From: Longimicrobiales bacterium
Lineage (GTDB): Bacteria > Gemmatimonadota > Gemmatimonadetes > Longimicrobiales > RSA9
DNA length: 64,000 bases
Direction of reading: 5' to 3'
NCBI GenBank assembly: GCA_050732635.1
Contig: JBOHRE010000002.1
Coordinates: 22,896-86,895 of the forward strand
Below the pieces are notes generated by a model. That model had not been told where the DNA came from. It searched no databases and saw only the letters and a program-made list of their open reading frames with translations. The position numbers were made by a program, and so were the translations under genes. This document shows positions 38,367 to 50,449 of the stretch, piece by piece (positions within the stretch are counted from its first letter, which is position 1; every line of letters starts with the position of its first letter).

Positions 38367-39124
38367 TGCGGCTCCACATCAACATCGATCACGTCGCCAC
38401 GGTACGACAGGCGCGTCGCACCGACGAGCCGGATCCGGTGCGCGCCGCAGTGCTCGCGGAGCTCGGCGGCGCCGACGGCATCACGGTCCACCTGCGTGAG
38501 GACCGGCGCCACATTCAGGACCGGGATCTGCGGCTGCTGATCGAAACCGTACGAACCGGCATCAATCTCGAGCTGGCCCCGGATCCCGAGATGCTCGAGC
38601 TGGCGCTCGAGCTGCGACCCAAGGCCGTGACGCTGGTCCCGGAACGGCGCGAGGAGATCACCACGGAGGGGGGACTCGCGCTGACGGATGCGATGCAGCG
38701 TCGGCGAGTCGGTAACGCGGTCGAGCGGCTGCTGCAGGACGGTCAGCGCGTCGCGTTGTTCGTCGATCCGGTTGCGGACACCGTGCGTCGATCCGCGGAG
38801 GTCGGCGCCCATGCGGTCGAGCTGCACACCGGCGAGTACGCGCAGGCGGGCTCGCGCTCCGGCTCGCGCAGCCAGGCCGAGCAAGCCCTGGCGCGTTTGC
38901 GCCAGGCTGCAGCCCTGGGGCGAGGGCTGGGACTCGATGTCCACGCCGGCCACGGGCTCACCTATGACAATGTCACGCCGGTCGCGTGCTTGTACGACGT
39001 CGAAGAGCTGAACATCGGCCACAGCGTGATCAGCCACGCCGTGTTTGTCGGCCTCGAGCGCGCGGTTCGCGAGTTGAAGGACATCGTGCACCGGGCGCGG
39101 GTGAATCGCCCGCAGGAGCGGTAA
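38366..39124 (+). CDS. pdxJ: pyridoxine 5'-phosphate synthase
   Basis: Contains [22 protein letters not shown] and NIGHSVI. Confidence 0.93.
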   Translation: MRLHINIDHVATVRQARRTDEPDPVRAAVLAELGGADGITVHLREDRRHIQDRDLRLLIETVRTGINLELAPDPEMLELALELRPKAVTLVPERREEITTEGGLALTDAMQRRRVGNAVERLLQDGQRVALFVDPVADTVRRSAEVGAHAVELHTGEYAQAGSRSGSRSQAEQALARLRQAAALGRGLGLDVHAGHGLTYDNVTPVACLYDVEELNIGHSVISHAVFVGLERAVRELKDIVHRARVNRPQER

Positions 39125-40677
39125 TGGGATCGCTGCGCGCGTTCTTCCAGGAGGAGGCCCGCGAGTACATCGCGAAGATCGTGGGGCTGGCCAGCGGCTC
39201 GCGATCGCCCGATGCGGCAGAGTTCCACCGGATCGCCAAGGCACTGCGCGGCAGCGCGCAGATCGCGCGTGAGAACCGGGTGCAGGAAGTGGCTGGGACC
39301 CTGGAGGCCGCCGGCCGCGCCCTCGAACGGCGGTCGCTCGCCTGGAGCAGCGACATCGGCGATCGGGTGCATCAAACTGTCGAGGACCTGCGTGCGCTCG
39401 TTGCTGCCGATGGCTCACCCGATTCGCTCGAGGAACGCGTCGCCAATGCGGTCGAGCGCTGGCGAGAGGTCGGTGTCGAGCCGGCAGTGCCCGGTATCGC
39501 CGCGGCGGCGCCGGCCCGTACCTTCCCGCCGCCCACAGCGCCCAAGCCGCCGACACCTGTCGGACCGACGCCGGTCCCCGGCCAGGTTCACATGGCCCCA
39601 CCGCAGCGCAGCGTCGCGCCGCGCCCGCCCGCCCGGCACGAGCCCGAGCGCATGCCGGAGCGGCCGCCCGCGCGTGAACCGCAAGCGCCGCCGCCCGAGC
39701 CAGTCGAACCGAAGCCTGTGAAGCGGCAGTATGTCGAGCACGAGCCGGCGCCGCGACCCGAGCCGCCGCGACCACCAGAGCCACGGGTCGGGCCACCGGA
39801 AGCGCGGGAGCCGCAGCCGACCCGACAGAGTCCGCAGCCACCGCCCCCGACTCGCCCAGCGGAACCGCCGCGGGAGCGCGAAGGCGGAGTGCGCGCGCCT
39901 CGGGCGCCGGCGGGGCCGGACATCGCCGAGCCGGCGGAATGGCAGCCGTGGAGCCCGGGGCGCGCGACACGGCAACGCATCGCGGAGGAGCCGACGGCAG
40001 CGCCGCCGCCGATCCCTCCCTGGCAGGGGTCGCCCCCCACCGCGCCGCGGCGGGGCGCGGCGGAGGAGGAGTTCCCGGTCGAGGTTCTCAATTTCTTCCG
40101 TTCCGAGTCACGGCTGATCCTCAACCGGCTGGAGCGGATCGCGGAGGAACTGGCCCGCGCGACCAGCGAACGCGTCGGGGGCCTTCGAGAGGAGATCGCC
40201 GGCGGGCTCGCCGCGCTGCGTGACACCGCGCTCACCTTCGGCTTCGGCCCGGCCGGGGAAGCGGCGGAGCGGGCCCGCGCGCGTGCCGGCACGGCTGCCG
40301 GCGATGAAATCAGCCGACTCGTGGAGCGGCTGCGTGGCGTGATGGAACACCCTGAAGATGCGGCTGCCGATCCACCGGAAGAACCGCTGCCACCCTGGGC
40401 CACGACGCCCACTTCGGCCGCGGCTGAACCCGCCGGGCCGAGCCCGGTCGGCGGCATCGGCCGACCGGCGCTCGAGCCCGGCGCCCCGCAAGACGCAACC
40501 CACGGGGCCGATTCAGCGGAGGGGCGGCCCATCGACCAGTTCCTCTATCGGGGGGACGCTGCGCTACGCCGTGCCGCGGAGGTGCGCCAGGAACTGGAAG
40601 AGTCACTGGCTGATCCGGGACGCGCGCGCGAGCTGCTCGCGGAGCTGTCGGATCTGCTCGAGCTGGCGAGGTCGTGA
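39124..40677 (+). CDS. proline-rich protein with two Hpt-like helical segments (hypothetical)
   Basis: 517 aa. The N-terminus FFQEEAREYIAKI...HRIAKALRGSAQIA resembles Hpt. A roughly 200-aa P/E/R-rich spacer follows. A second segment is FFRSESRLILNRLE...LAALRDTALTFGF. The junctions are TAATG and GTGA. Confidence 0.6.
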   Translation: MGSLRAFFQEEAREYIAKIVGLASGSRSPDAAEFHRIAKALRGSAQIARENRVQEVAGTLEAAGRALERRSLAWSSDIGDRVHQTVEDLRALVAADGSPDSLEERVANAVERWREVGVEPAVPGIAAAAPARTFPPPTAPKPPTPVGPTPVPGQVHMAPPQRSVAPRPPARHEPERMPERPPAREPQAPPPEPVEPKPVKRQYVEHEPAPRPEPPRPPEPRVGPPEAREPQPTRQSPQPPPPTRPAEPPREREGGVRAPRAPAGPDIAEPAEWQPWSPGRATRQRIAEEPTAAPPPIPPWQGSPPTAPRRGAAEEEFPVEVLNFFRSESRLILNRLERIAEELARATSERVGGLREEIAGGLAALRDTALTFGFGPAGEAAERARARAGTAAGDEISRLVERLRGVMEHPEDAAADPPEEPLPPWATTPTSAAAEPAGPSPVGGIGRPALEPGAPQDATHGADSAEGRPIDQFLYRGDAALRRAAEVRQELEESLADPGRARELLAELSDLLELARS

Positions 40678-41750
40678 GCCGAACGGAACGAGCGAGCCGC
40701 CTTTTCAACTGGAAGGCGGTGCTCGGGATCTCGATCAGCGTGCTGCTGCTGTACTTCGCGCTACGCGACGTCGATGCGGCAGAGATCGGATTCGAGCTGC
40801 GCTCCGCTCGGCCCGGCTGGCTCCTGATCGCGGCGATCGCCGCAACCCTGCCGATCTCGCTGCGTGCCTGGCGCTGGGGTCCGTTGATCGAACCCGTGCT
40901 GCCGCATTCATCCTTCCGCGCGCGCAACGCCGCGAGTTTCGTCGGCTTCATGGCCAACAATCTGTTGCCAGCGCGGGTCGGTGAATTCGCGCGGGCCTAT
41001 GCGCTGTCGCGCCTCGAACCGGTGAGCGTCTCGGCGTCGTTCGCCTCGCTGGTCGTCGAACGGGTCTTCGACGGCCTGACCGTCGTGACGTTCCTGCTGG
41101 TAGCGATGACCCTGCCGAGCTTTCCGACGGTGGCCGCCGGAGGCCTGCCGGATTTCAGCGCCATGGCGCTGACCCTCCTGGGCGCGGTCGCTGCAGTGGC
41201 CTGCATGCTCGTTCTCATGGCCATCTTTCCGCGGCCCACGGTGAGCCTGGTCGAGCGCCTCTCGCGCTATACGTTGCCGCGCTCGCTGCGGCGCCCGCTG
41301 GTCGATGCGCTGACTGCGTTTCTGGACGGTCTCGGCGTGCTGCGCTCGCCACGCCTGCTGCTCCGCGTCGCGCTGGCCTCGCTCGTGGTCTGGGGTGTGA
41401 ACGGCGCCAGCTTTTATTTCGGGTTTCTCGCGTTCGATATCCAAGCTCCGGTTTCCGCGGCCTTCTTTCTTCAATCGCTCATCGCCCTTGCGGTCGCGAT
41501 TCCGTCGGCCCCCGGCTTCTTCGGCCTCTTCGAGGGCGCGGCCCGCGTCGGTCTCGTCGATCTGTTCGGTATCGAGGTCAACAAGGCGATGGGTTTCGCG
41601 ATCGGCATTCACATTGCCGGCTTCATCCCGGTGACGGTCATTGGCCTCTTTTACCTGTGGCGCCTGGGCATGAGCTGGCGGGAGGTCGAGCGCAGCGAGG
41701 AAGCCGTCGAGGAGGCAGTCGAGAGCCGGCACGAGGAGCTGCGCCCGTGA
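40674..41750 (+). CDS. UPF0104 / flippase-like (lysyl-PG synthase TM region-like) membrane protein
   Basis: 358 aa, about 8 TM. N-terminal LLLYFALRDVD... is typical of the family. Confidence 0.7.
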   Translation: MSRTERASRLFNWKAVLGISISVLLLYFALRDVDAAEIGFELRSARPGWLLIAAIAATLPISLRAWRWGPLIEPVLPHSSFRARNAASFVGFMANNLLPARVGEFARAYALSRLEPVSVSASFASLVVERVFDGLTVVTFLLVAMTLPSFPTVAAGGLPDFSAMALTLLGAVAAVACMLVLMAIFPRPTVSLVERLSRYTLPRSLRRPLVDALTAFLDGLGVLRSPRLLLRVALASLVVWGVNGASFYFGFLAFDIQAPVSAAFFLQSLIALAVAIPSAPGFFGLFEGAARVGLVDLFGIEVNKAMGFAIGIHIAGFIPVTVIGLFYLWRLGMSWREVERSEEAVEEAVESRHEELRP

Positions 41751-42670
41751 GTACCGAAAGCGTGCCGAGAAGTGCGGCCAGAGACGCGGCCCGGGGCGTC
41801 ACGATCGAAGCGCCGGCCAAGGTCAACCTGTGGCTGGACATTCTGGCCCGAGAGGAATCGGGGTATCATCAGCTCGAATCGCTGTTCTGTGCGCTGGACC
41901 TTGCGGATCGCGTGACGGTCGAGGCGGCTGAGGACGGTGTCCAGCTCGAGGTCGATGGAAGCGACATAGGACCCGCGCACCGGAATCTCGCGCACCGGGC
42001 GGCGGTCGCGTTCTTCGAGGCGACCGCCAAGCCGGCCGGTGCGCGCATCACGCTGGAGAAGCAGATCCCGGCGGGCGCGGGACTCGGCGGCGGCTCGAGC
42101 GACGCCGCCGCGACGCTGCTGGGCCTCAACACGCTTTGCGGGCAGCCGCTCGATCCGGCGACGCTGTTCCGTGTCGGCAGCGCTGTCGGCAGCGATGTGC
42201 CCTTCTTCCTGACGGGCGCGCCCCTCGCCCTCGCCTGGAGCCGCGGCGAGCGCTTGCTCACTCTGGAGCCGCTGCCGCCCCGCCCGACGCTGGTCGTCAT
42301 GCCGCCCTTTCGCGTCGATACGCCCGATGCGTACCGCAGGCTCGATGAAGCGCGCGGCCGAGCCCGCCGAGGGCGTCCCGGCCTGCCTCCGCTCGGCCCC
42401 GCGTCACTGAGCGACTGGGATGCTATCGCCGAGCTGGCACGCAACGAGTTCGAGCCGATCATTTTCCGCCGACATCCACTTCTGGCCGAATTGCTCGACC
42501 GGCTGGGGGCACACGGCGCGCGCATCGCGCGTATGACGGGCAGTGGCTCAGCAGTGTTCGGTATCTTCGATCGGACCCAACAGCGCGACGCTGCCGCGCT
42601 CGACATGTCCGCAGCCGCTGACGGACTCCTCGTGCTCGCTACGGCCACGCGCGCCGAGCGCTGGTCGTGA
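41747..42670 (+). CDS. ispE: 4-diphosphocytidyl-2-C-methyl-D-erythritol kinase
   Basis: APAKVNLWLDI and the GHMP motif PAGAGLGGGSSDAAA. GTGA overlap with the upstream gene. Confidence 0.9.
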   Translation: MSTESVPRSAARDAARGVTIEAPAKVNLWLDILAREESGYHQLESLFCALDLADRVTVEAAEDGVQLEVDGSDIGPAHRNLAHRAAVAFFEATAKPAGARITLEKQIPAGAGLGGGSSDAAATLLGLNTLCGQPLDPATLFRVGSAVGSDVPFFLTGAPLALAWSRGERLLTLEPLPPRPTLVVMPPFRVDTPDAYRRLDEARGRARRGRPGLPPLGPASLSDWDAIAELARNEFEPIIFRRHPLLAELLDRLGAHGARIARMTGSGSAVFGIFDRTQQRDAAALDMSAAADGLLVLATATRAERWS

Positions 42671-42674
42671 CGCG

Positions 42675-42704
42675 TTGATCCATTCGCCACTGCACGGTTA
42701 CATT
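42675..42704 (+). promoter_or_regulatory. candidate promoter TTGATC-18-TACATT for tRNA-Gln
   Basis: Hexamer match only. The -10 element ends 11 nt before the tRNA 5' end. Confidence 0.35.
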
Positions 42705-42715
42705 TCGTGTTCGCT

Positions 42716-42786
42716 TCCCGGGTCGTCTAATGGCAGGACAGGGGACTTTGGATCCCCTAATGGTGGTTCGAATCCACCCCCGGGAA
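42716..42786 (+). tRNA. tRNA-Gln (anticodon UUG)
   Basis: Cloverleaf folded by hand. Acceptor stem TCCCGGG/CCCGGGA, including the U1-A72 pair typical of bacterial tRNA-Gln. D stem GTCT/GGAC. Anticodon stem GGGGA/TCCCC with loop CTTTGGA. T arm GGTGG-TTCGAAT-CCACC. Discriminator A. No encoded CCA. Confidence 0.9.
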
Positions 42787-42805
42787 CTATGACAAGGGGA
42801 ATGCC

Positions 42806-43489
42806 ATGACGCCCGCCAGTCCGCTCAGCACGCTGCGGCTGCCCGAATCGATCCGCCGACGCCTCGACGTCGCGACCGCAACGGCCTCCGAGGCGCTCAT
42901 GGAAACGCACGCCCTCTACGGGCTGCATATCGTAATGCTGCTCCGCGACTTCATCGACTACGACGAGGCCGTCGACCGTTACCTCGATGAGATGAATCTC
43001 ATGGGCGCAGCCGCCAGCACCGCACGCACCCGCATCCTCGTCGCGCTCGAAGAGGCCGAGCGGCTCGGCGATGGCGAGGCGGAGGCGGCCCCTGATGAGG
43101 CGCCCGCCGGCGATGCGCCCGACAGCACCGACCCCCGCGCGCGGCCTCGCCGCGGGCGCTGGCGGCGATTCCGGCCCGACGTGGTCTACCGCGGCATCAG
43201 GGCCCGCGCCCGGCGCCAGGAGGAACTCGACAGCGTATTCACCCTCGGCATCGCTCAGGCCGAGGAGGCCCTGCTCCAGACCCACATCGAGAACGCCCTC
43301 GACTTCGCCGTGCTCCTCGAGCAGCACATGGACGTCGAGCGCTCGATCGAACATTACATCGATGAGATCGGACTGGGCGGCTGCCGCGCGCAGACCGTGC
43401 TACAGCGCGCCGTCTGTCGGCTGGCCGACGCCCAGTTGCCGCGCCCCACCGAGCGCCGCAGCGGTGCCGGCGACACCTCCGTGGCGTAG
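42806..43489 (+). CDS. hypothetical protein with an internal duplication of a ~55-aa helical module
   Basis: 227 aa. The two repeats are ASEALMETHALYGLHIVMLLRDFIDYDEAVDRYLDEMNLMG and AEEALLQTHIENALDFAVLLEQHMDVERSIEHYIDEIGLGG. An acidic then Arg-rich linker separates them. Confidence 0.6.
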   Translation: MTPASPLSTLRLPESIRRRLDVATATASEALMETHALYGLHIVMLLRDFIDYDEAVDRYLDEMNLMGAAASTARTRILVALEEAERLGDGEAEAAPDEAPAGDAPDSTDPRARPRRGRWRRFRPDVVYRGIRARARRQEELDSVFTLGIAQAEEALLQTHIENALDFAVLLEQHMDVERSIEHYIDEIGLGGCRAQTVLQRAVCRLADAQLPRPTERRSGAGDTSVA

Positions 43490-43534
43490 CGCATGCCCTC
43501 CTGACGCCGACCGCACACCCACCAGCACCCGGCG

Positions 43535-43563
43535 TTGACCGTCCCGCCTCGGCCCTCTAACTT
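43535..43563 (+). promoter_or_regulatory. candidate promoter TTGACC-17-TAACTT upstream of prs
   Basis: Hexamer match only. Confidence 0.3.
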
Positions 43564-43610
43564 GAAAGGCTGTCGTCGTTTGCAACCGCCCCGGGAGCGC
43601 CTGGCGAGGC

Positions 43611-44567
43611 ATGGCTGAGTTTCAGCACGAGTTCCGCGGTCCACTGCTGCTGCTCGCGGGAACCGCGAATCGTCCACTGGCCGAGGAGATCGCCCGCGAG
43701 CTGGGCGCTTCGGTCGGCGATGTCACATCGAAGCGCTTCGCTGACGGCGAGATCTTCGTCCGGATCAATCAAAACGTGCGTGGTGGTGACGTGTTCATCG
43801 TACAGCCCACGCCGCCGCCGGGTGATAATCTGCTGGAGCTGTTGCTGCTGATCGACGCGGCGCGCCGGGCCTCGGCCGCGCGTATCACGGTGGTAATGTC
43901 GTACTACGGCTATGCGCGCCAGGACCGCAAGGACCAGCCGCGCGTGGCGATCGGTGCGAAGCTGGTGGCGAATTTGATCGAAGCGGCGGGCGCCGACCGC
44001 GTGTTGGGCATGGACTTTCATGCGCACCAGCTCCAGGGTTTTTTCGATATCCCGGTGGATCACCTGTACGCGGCGCCGGTGCTGACGTCGTACTTCTCGG
44101 CGAAGGCGATGGCTGGCCTGGTGGTGGTGGCGCCGGATGTGGGCGCGGCGAAGATGGCGCGGGGCTACGCGCGGCGGTTGGAGGCGAGCTTTGCGATCAT
44201 CGACAAGCGGCGGCCGCAGCAGAACGTGGCTGAGGTGGTGACGGTGGTCGGCGAGGTATCGGGTCGGCCGTGTCTGATCGTCGACGATCTGATCGACACG
44301 GCCGGCACGCTGGTGAGCGCTGCCGAGGGGTTGATGGAGCGGGGTGCAGCGGCGGTCTACTGTGCGGCGAGCCACGCACTGCTGTCCGGACCCGCCGTGG
44401 AGCGGCTGGAGCGCTCACCGATCGCCGAGGTCGTGGTGACCAATACGCTGGCGATCGAGCCGAAGAAACAGTTCTCGAAGCTGACCGTGCTGTCGGTGGC
44501 GGGGCTGCTGTCGCGCGCGATCCGATACACGCATTCACACGAGTCAGTGAGTCAGTTGTTCGACTAG
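43611..44567 (+). CDS. prs: ribose-phosphate pyrophosphokinase
   Basis: Contains FADGEIFVRI, YYGYARQDRK, DFHAHQLQGFF and the PRPP loop IVDDLIDTAGT. Confidence 0.95.
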   Translation: MAEFQHEFRGPLLLLAGTANRPLAEEIARELGASVGDVTSKRFADGEIFVRINQNVRGGDVFIVQPTPPPGDNLLELLLLIDAARRASAARITVVMSYYGYARQDRKDQPRVAIGAKLVANLIEAAGADRVLGMDFHAHQLQGFFDIPVDHLYAAPVLTSYFSAKAMAGLVVVAPDVGAAKMARGYARRLEASFAIIDKRRPQQNVAEVVTVVGEVSGRPCLIVDDLIDTAGTLVSAAEGLMERGAAAVYCAASHALLSGPAVERLERSPIAEVVVTNTLAIEPKKQFSKLTVLSVAGLLSRAIRYTHSHESVSQLFD

Positions 44568-44585
44568 GCGAAAGGGAGCACATCG

Positions 44586-45278
44586 ATGGCGAACACGGCA
44601 ACGCTACAGGCCACGCTGCGCGAGGAGCGTGGCAAAGGCGGGGCGCGACGGCTGCGACGGGCGGGACGCGTCCCGGCGGTGATCTACGGTCATGGTGAGG
44701 AGACGCGGGCGCTGAGCCTGGATGCGCACGAGCTCGAAGTGCTGTTCTCGCACATCAGCATCGAGAACACGATCATCGAGCTCGCGGTCGACGGCGCGAA
44801 GACCCGCAAGGCCGCGCCACTCCGCGCGCTGGTACGCGAGGTACAACGGCACCCCTACCGGGGCGAAGTCATCCATGTCGATTTCTACCAGCTGCACGCC
44901 GGTGAAAAGGTCGATGTGGAGGTGCCGATCCATGTGAAGGGCACGGCTGCGGGTGTGAAGCTGGGCGGCCTGTTGCAGCAGAGCATGCACGACCTGTCCA
45001 TCCGCTGTCTGCCGGAGGATATTCCGGCGGCGATCGAAGTCGATGTGTCGGCGTTGGAGATCGGCGACTCGATCCACGTCAGCGAGCTGGCCGTTCCCGA
45101 AGGCGTCGAGGTGGAAGTCGATCTGGAGCGTACGGTGTGCTCCGTGCTGGCGCCGACCGTCGTGGCAGTCGAGGAGCCCGTGCCGACGGCAGAAGAGGGC
45201 GTGGGCGGTGAGGTGGAGCCCGAGCTGGTGCGCAAGCGGGGGGCCGAGGAAGCGGACCAGGAGCCCGAGGAGGCGTGA
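44586..45278 (+). CDS. rplY: 50S ribosomal protein L25 / general stress protein Ctc
   Basis: Contains [14 protein letters not shown] and HVDFYQ. Long acidic C-terminal tail. Confidence 0.9.
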   Translation: MANTATLQATLREERGKGGARRLRRAGRVPAVIYGHGEETRALSLDAHELEVLFSHISIENTIIELAVDGAKTRKAAPLRALVREVQRHPYRGEVIHVDFYQLHAGEKVDVEVPIHVKGTAAGVKLGGLLQQSMHDLSIRCLPEDIPAAIEVDVSALEIGDSIHVSELAVPEGVEVEVDLERTVCSVLAPTVVAVEEPVPTAEEGVGGEVEPELVRKRGAEEADQEPEEA

Positions 45279-45838
45279 AGCTCGTCTGCGGGCTGGGCAA
45301 TCCCGGTCCGGAGTACGAGCGGACGCGTCACAACGTGGGCTGGTGGCTGGCCGACCGGCTGGCGGCCGACTGGCGTCTACCGGCGTTTCGACGTGAGGGA
45401 CGGGCGCTGCTGACGCGCGGCCGAGTCAACGACACGACCGTGGAACTGCTCAAGCCGTTGACCTACATGAACCGCAGCGGCTCGGCGGTCGCGGCGCGGC
45501 TGAACGCGAGCCTGCTCGGTGCGGCGAGTGATCTGCTCGTCCTGGTCGACGACACGGCTTTGGAAGTCGGGCGTCTACGTTTGCGCCCGAGTGGCAGCGC
45601 CGGCGGACACAACGGGCTGCGCTCGATCGAGGCGGTACTGCGGAGCCAGGAGTATGCCCGGCTGCGGATCGGTGTCGGCACACCGCCGCCGGGAGTCGAT
45701 CGTGCCGACTGGGTGTTGTCGCCGTTCGAGGCGGAGGAGGAAGAACGGGTGCTGGAGCTGCTGCCGGCGGCTGCAGCGGCGGTGGAGGCATGGCTCGACT
45801 CAGGGATTGAAGCGGCGATGAGCCGCTTCAATCGGTAA
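45275..45838 (+). CDS. pth: peptidyl-tRNA hydrolase
   Basis: Contains [18 protein letters not shown] and MNRSG. GTGA overlap with rplY. Confidence 0.93.
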   Translation: MKLVCGLGNPGPEYERTRHNVGWWLADRLAADWRLPAFRREGRALLTRGRVNDTTVELLKPLTYMNRSGSAVAARLNASLLGAASDLLVLVDDTALEVGRLRLRPSGSAGGHNGLRSIEAVLRSQEYARLRIGVGTPPPGVDRADWVLSPFEAEEEERVLELLPAAAAAVEAWLDSGIEAAMSRFNR

Positions 45839-45912
45839 CAGGCCCGCGTGATTCGGATCGGCTCGAGGTAGCCGGCGCGCAGGCGCCCAGAACACCAAAC
45901 GGAGAGGCCTCT

Positions 45913-48048
<2,136 letters not shown>

Positions 48049-48059
48049 TCCACGAACAC

Positions 48060-49250
48060 ATGGCCGATGTCTCCTTCGAGCGGGCCATCGAGTTCGCCCG
48101 TGACCTGATCCGCATTCCGAGTGCACCGGGCGCCGAGGACGCGGTCGCGACGCGACTGCGCCTCGAGCTCGAGCGCCTCCGGTTCGATGAGGTCTGGACC
48201 GACGAGGCCGGTAACATCGGCGGCATCGTTCGCGGCAGGGGCGGCGCGCCGCCCGTGATGCTCAACTGCCATCTCGATGTGGTCGATCCCGGCGATGCCG
48301 CCGAATGGGCGCACCCGCCGTACGGCGCCGAGCTGGCCGACGGCTTTCTGCACGGCCGTGGCGCCATGGACATCAAGGGACCGCTCGCGCTGCAGACTTA
48401 CGCGGCGGCGCGCTTCGTCGGTGCGCCGGCCGACGGCGACATCGTCGTTGCGCACACGGTGCTCGAGGAACGCGGTGGCTGGGGCATGGCGCACCTGCTG
48501 GAGAGCGGCCGCGTGCGGCCCGCAGTCGTGGTCATCGGTGAAGCCACGAATGGCGATGTCTGCATCGGGCACCGCGGCCGCGCGGAGCTGATCGTCGAGG
48601 TCGGCGGCGTTGCCGGCCACGCGAGCGCACCGGAGCGCGCCCGCAACGCACTGGATCTGCTCCCGCACGTACTGCCCGCGCTCGAGGAGTTCGCGGCCGC
48701 ACTGCCGAGCGACGACGTGCTCGGCCGCTCGACCCTGGTGGCAACCGGCATCGACGTTTCGCCCACCAGCCCCAACGTCATCCCGGATCGCGCGGCGATC
48801 ACCCTCGACTGGCGCGTGCTGCCATCAATGAGTGCGGAATCGGTGCTCGAGGAGCTGCGGCGGCATCTCGGCTCGCGCGTGCGGGTGATGGAGGGCTGGA
48901 GACTCGGGGTGCGGTTTGGCCGCGAGCGTCAGCGCACCTACACCGGCATGGAACAGGAGCGGCGGCTGTTCACGCCGGGCTTCCTGCTGCAGCCCGGCCA
49001 CCCGGTGGTACGCGCCGCAGTCGACGCCGTCGCCCGCAGCACCGGTCGCGCACCCGCCGTGCGGCCCTGGACGTTCGCGACTGATGGCGGGCACAGCTGC
49101 GGCGTGCACGGCATTCCAACCGTGGGCTTCGCGCCTGGTGAAGAACGCTACGCGCACACGAATCGAGAGCGACTGGCAGTCGAGCCGGCCCGCCGCGCGT
49201 TCGCCGCCTACCCAGACCTGATCCGCGCCGTGATGAGCGCCGCCGCCTAG
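48060..49250 (+). CDS. M20-family metallopeptidase/deacylase (ArgE/DapE/YgeY-like)
   Basis: Starts at MADVSFERAIEFARDLIRIPS. Contains HLDVV and GRGAMDIKG. Confidence 0.8.
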   Translation: MADVSFERAIEFARDLIRIPSAPGAEDAVATRLRLELERLRFDEVWTDEAGNIGGIVRGRGGAPPVMLNCHLDVVDPGDAAEWAHPPYGAELADGFLHGRGAMDIKGPLALQTYAAARFVGAPADGDIVVAHTVLEERGGWGMAHLLESGRVRPAVVVIGEATNGDVCIGHRGRAELIVEVGGVAGHASAPERARNALDLLPHVLPALEEFAAALPSDDVLGRSTLVATGIDVSPTSPNVIPDRAAITLDWRVLPSMSAESVLEELRRHLGSRVRVMEGWRLGVRFGRERQRTYTGMEQERRLFTPGFLLQPGHPVVRAAVDAVARSTGRAPAVRPWTFATDGGHSCGVHGIPTVGFAPGEERYAHTNRERLAVEPARRAFAAYPDLIRAVMSAAA

Positions 49251-49288
49251 CGTCGCGCAGGTCAGCCGGCCGCACTCCAGCGACACAC

Positions 49289-50398
49289 ATGCCAAATCTG
49301 AAGCTCGGGATCGTCGGACTGCCCAACGTCGGCAAATCGACGCTCTTCAACGCACTGACCGCCGTCGGCGCCGCAGCCGAGAACTATCCGTTCTGCACGG
49401 TCGATCCGAACATCGGTGTGGTCGAGCTGCCGGATGAGCGCCTCGATGCGCTGTACGCGACGCTGCGGCCGCAGGAAAAGGTACCCGCGGTCGTCACGTT
49501 CGTCGACATCGCCGGACTGGTCAAAGGCGCGTCGGAAGGCGAAGGGCTCGGTAACAAATTCCTCGCGAACATCCGCGAGGTGCACGCCATCGTTCACGTG
49601 GTGCGCTGCTTCGACGATCGCGATGTCATGCACGTGCTGGGCGACGTGGACCCCGTACGCGATCGCGACATTGTCAATACCGAACTGGCGCTGAGCGATC
49701 TGCAGACGGTCGAACGGCGACTCGAACGCGTCGAACGAGTCGCACGCAGCGGCGATCGTGAAGCGAAAACCGAGGAGGCCCTTCTGCGGAGTTTGCGCGA
49801 CGTGCTCGCGGAGGGCCGTCCGGCGCGGCTGGTCAGGCCGCGCAGCGAGGAGGAGGGGCGGCTGCTGCGGCAACTCCAGCTGCTCACCGTGAAGCCGGAG
49901 CTCTACGTCGCCAACGTCGCCGAAGCGAGCCTGGACGAGGACGACAACGAGCACGTGCGCGCACTGAACGCTGCGGTCGATGCGGACCACGAGCCTGCCG
50001 AGGTCGTCGTCCTCGCCGCCAGTCTGGAGGCGGAGCTACTCGCGCTCCCGGCGGAGGAGCGCCAGGCGTACCTCACCGAGCTGGGCGTTGCGGAACCCGG
50101 GCTGTCGCGTCTGATCCATGCCGGGTTTCGGCTGCTCGGTCTGATCAGTTTCTTCACCGTTGGACCCAAGCAGGTGCGCGCCTGGACGATCACCGGCGGC
50201 ACCAAGGCCGCCCAGGCCGCCGGCGAGATTCACACCGATTTCGAGCGCGGGTTCATCCGCGCCGAAACCGTCGCCTGGCATGAGCTGGTGCGCGCCGGCT
50301 CGGAAAAGGCCGTCCGCGACCAGGGCCTCATGCGCAGCGAAGGCCGCGAGTACACGGTCGCCGACGGCGATGTGATTCTGTTCCGGTTCAACGTGTAG
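49289..50398 (+). CDS. ychF: redox-regulated ATPase YchF
   Basis: Contains GIVGLPNVGKSTLFNALT and DIAGLVKGASEGEGLGN. C-terminal TGS-like domain. Confidence 0.95.
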   Translation: MPNLKLGIVGLPNVGKSTLFNALTAVGAAAENYPFCTVDPNIGVVELPDERLDALYATLRPQEKVPAVVTFVDIAGLVKGASEGEGLGNKFLANIREVHAIVHVVRCFDDRDVMHVLGDVDPVRDRDIVNTELALSDLQTVERRLERVERVARSGDREAKTEEALLRSLRDVLAEGRPARLVRPRSEEEGRLLRQLQLLTVKPELYVANVAEASLDEDDNEHVRALNAAVDADHEPAEVVVLAASLEAELLALPAEERQAYLTELGVAEPGLSRLIHAGFRLLGLISFFTVGPKQVRAWTITGGTKAAQAAGEIHTDFERGFIRAETVAWHELVRAGSEKAVRDQGLMRSEGREYTVADGDVILFRFNV

Positions 50399-50420
50399 CA
50401 ACGCGGCGCAGCGTCGGGGC

Positions 50421-50449
50421 TAGACGCACCGTCTGCGGGGGCCTATAAT
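50421..50449 (+). promoter_or_regulatory. candidate promoter TAGACG-17-TATAAT for the rpsF operon
   Basis: A perfect TATAAT at 50444-50449 stands out in a GC-rich genome. A -35-like TAGACG lies at 50421-50426. Confidence 0.45.

Noticed and set aside
38048-39970. 640-aa ORF on the minus strand
   Set aside because: It is antisense to the DUF2520 gene, pdxJ (strong motifs) and the Pro-rich gene. The reverse complement of Pro/Ala-rich coding sequence naturally stays open.
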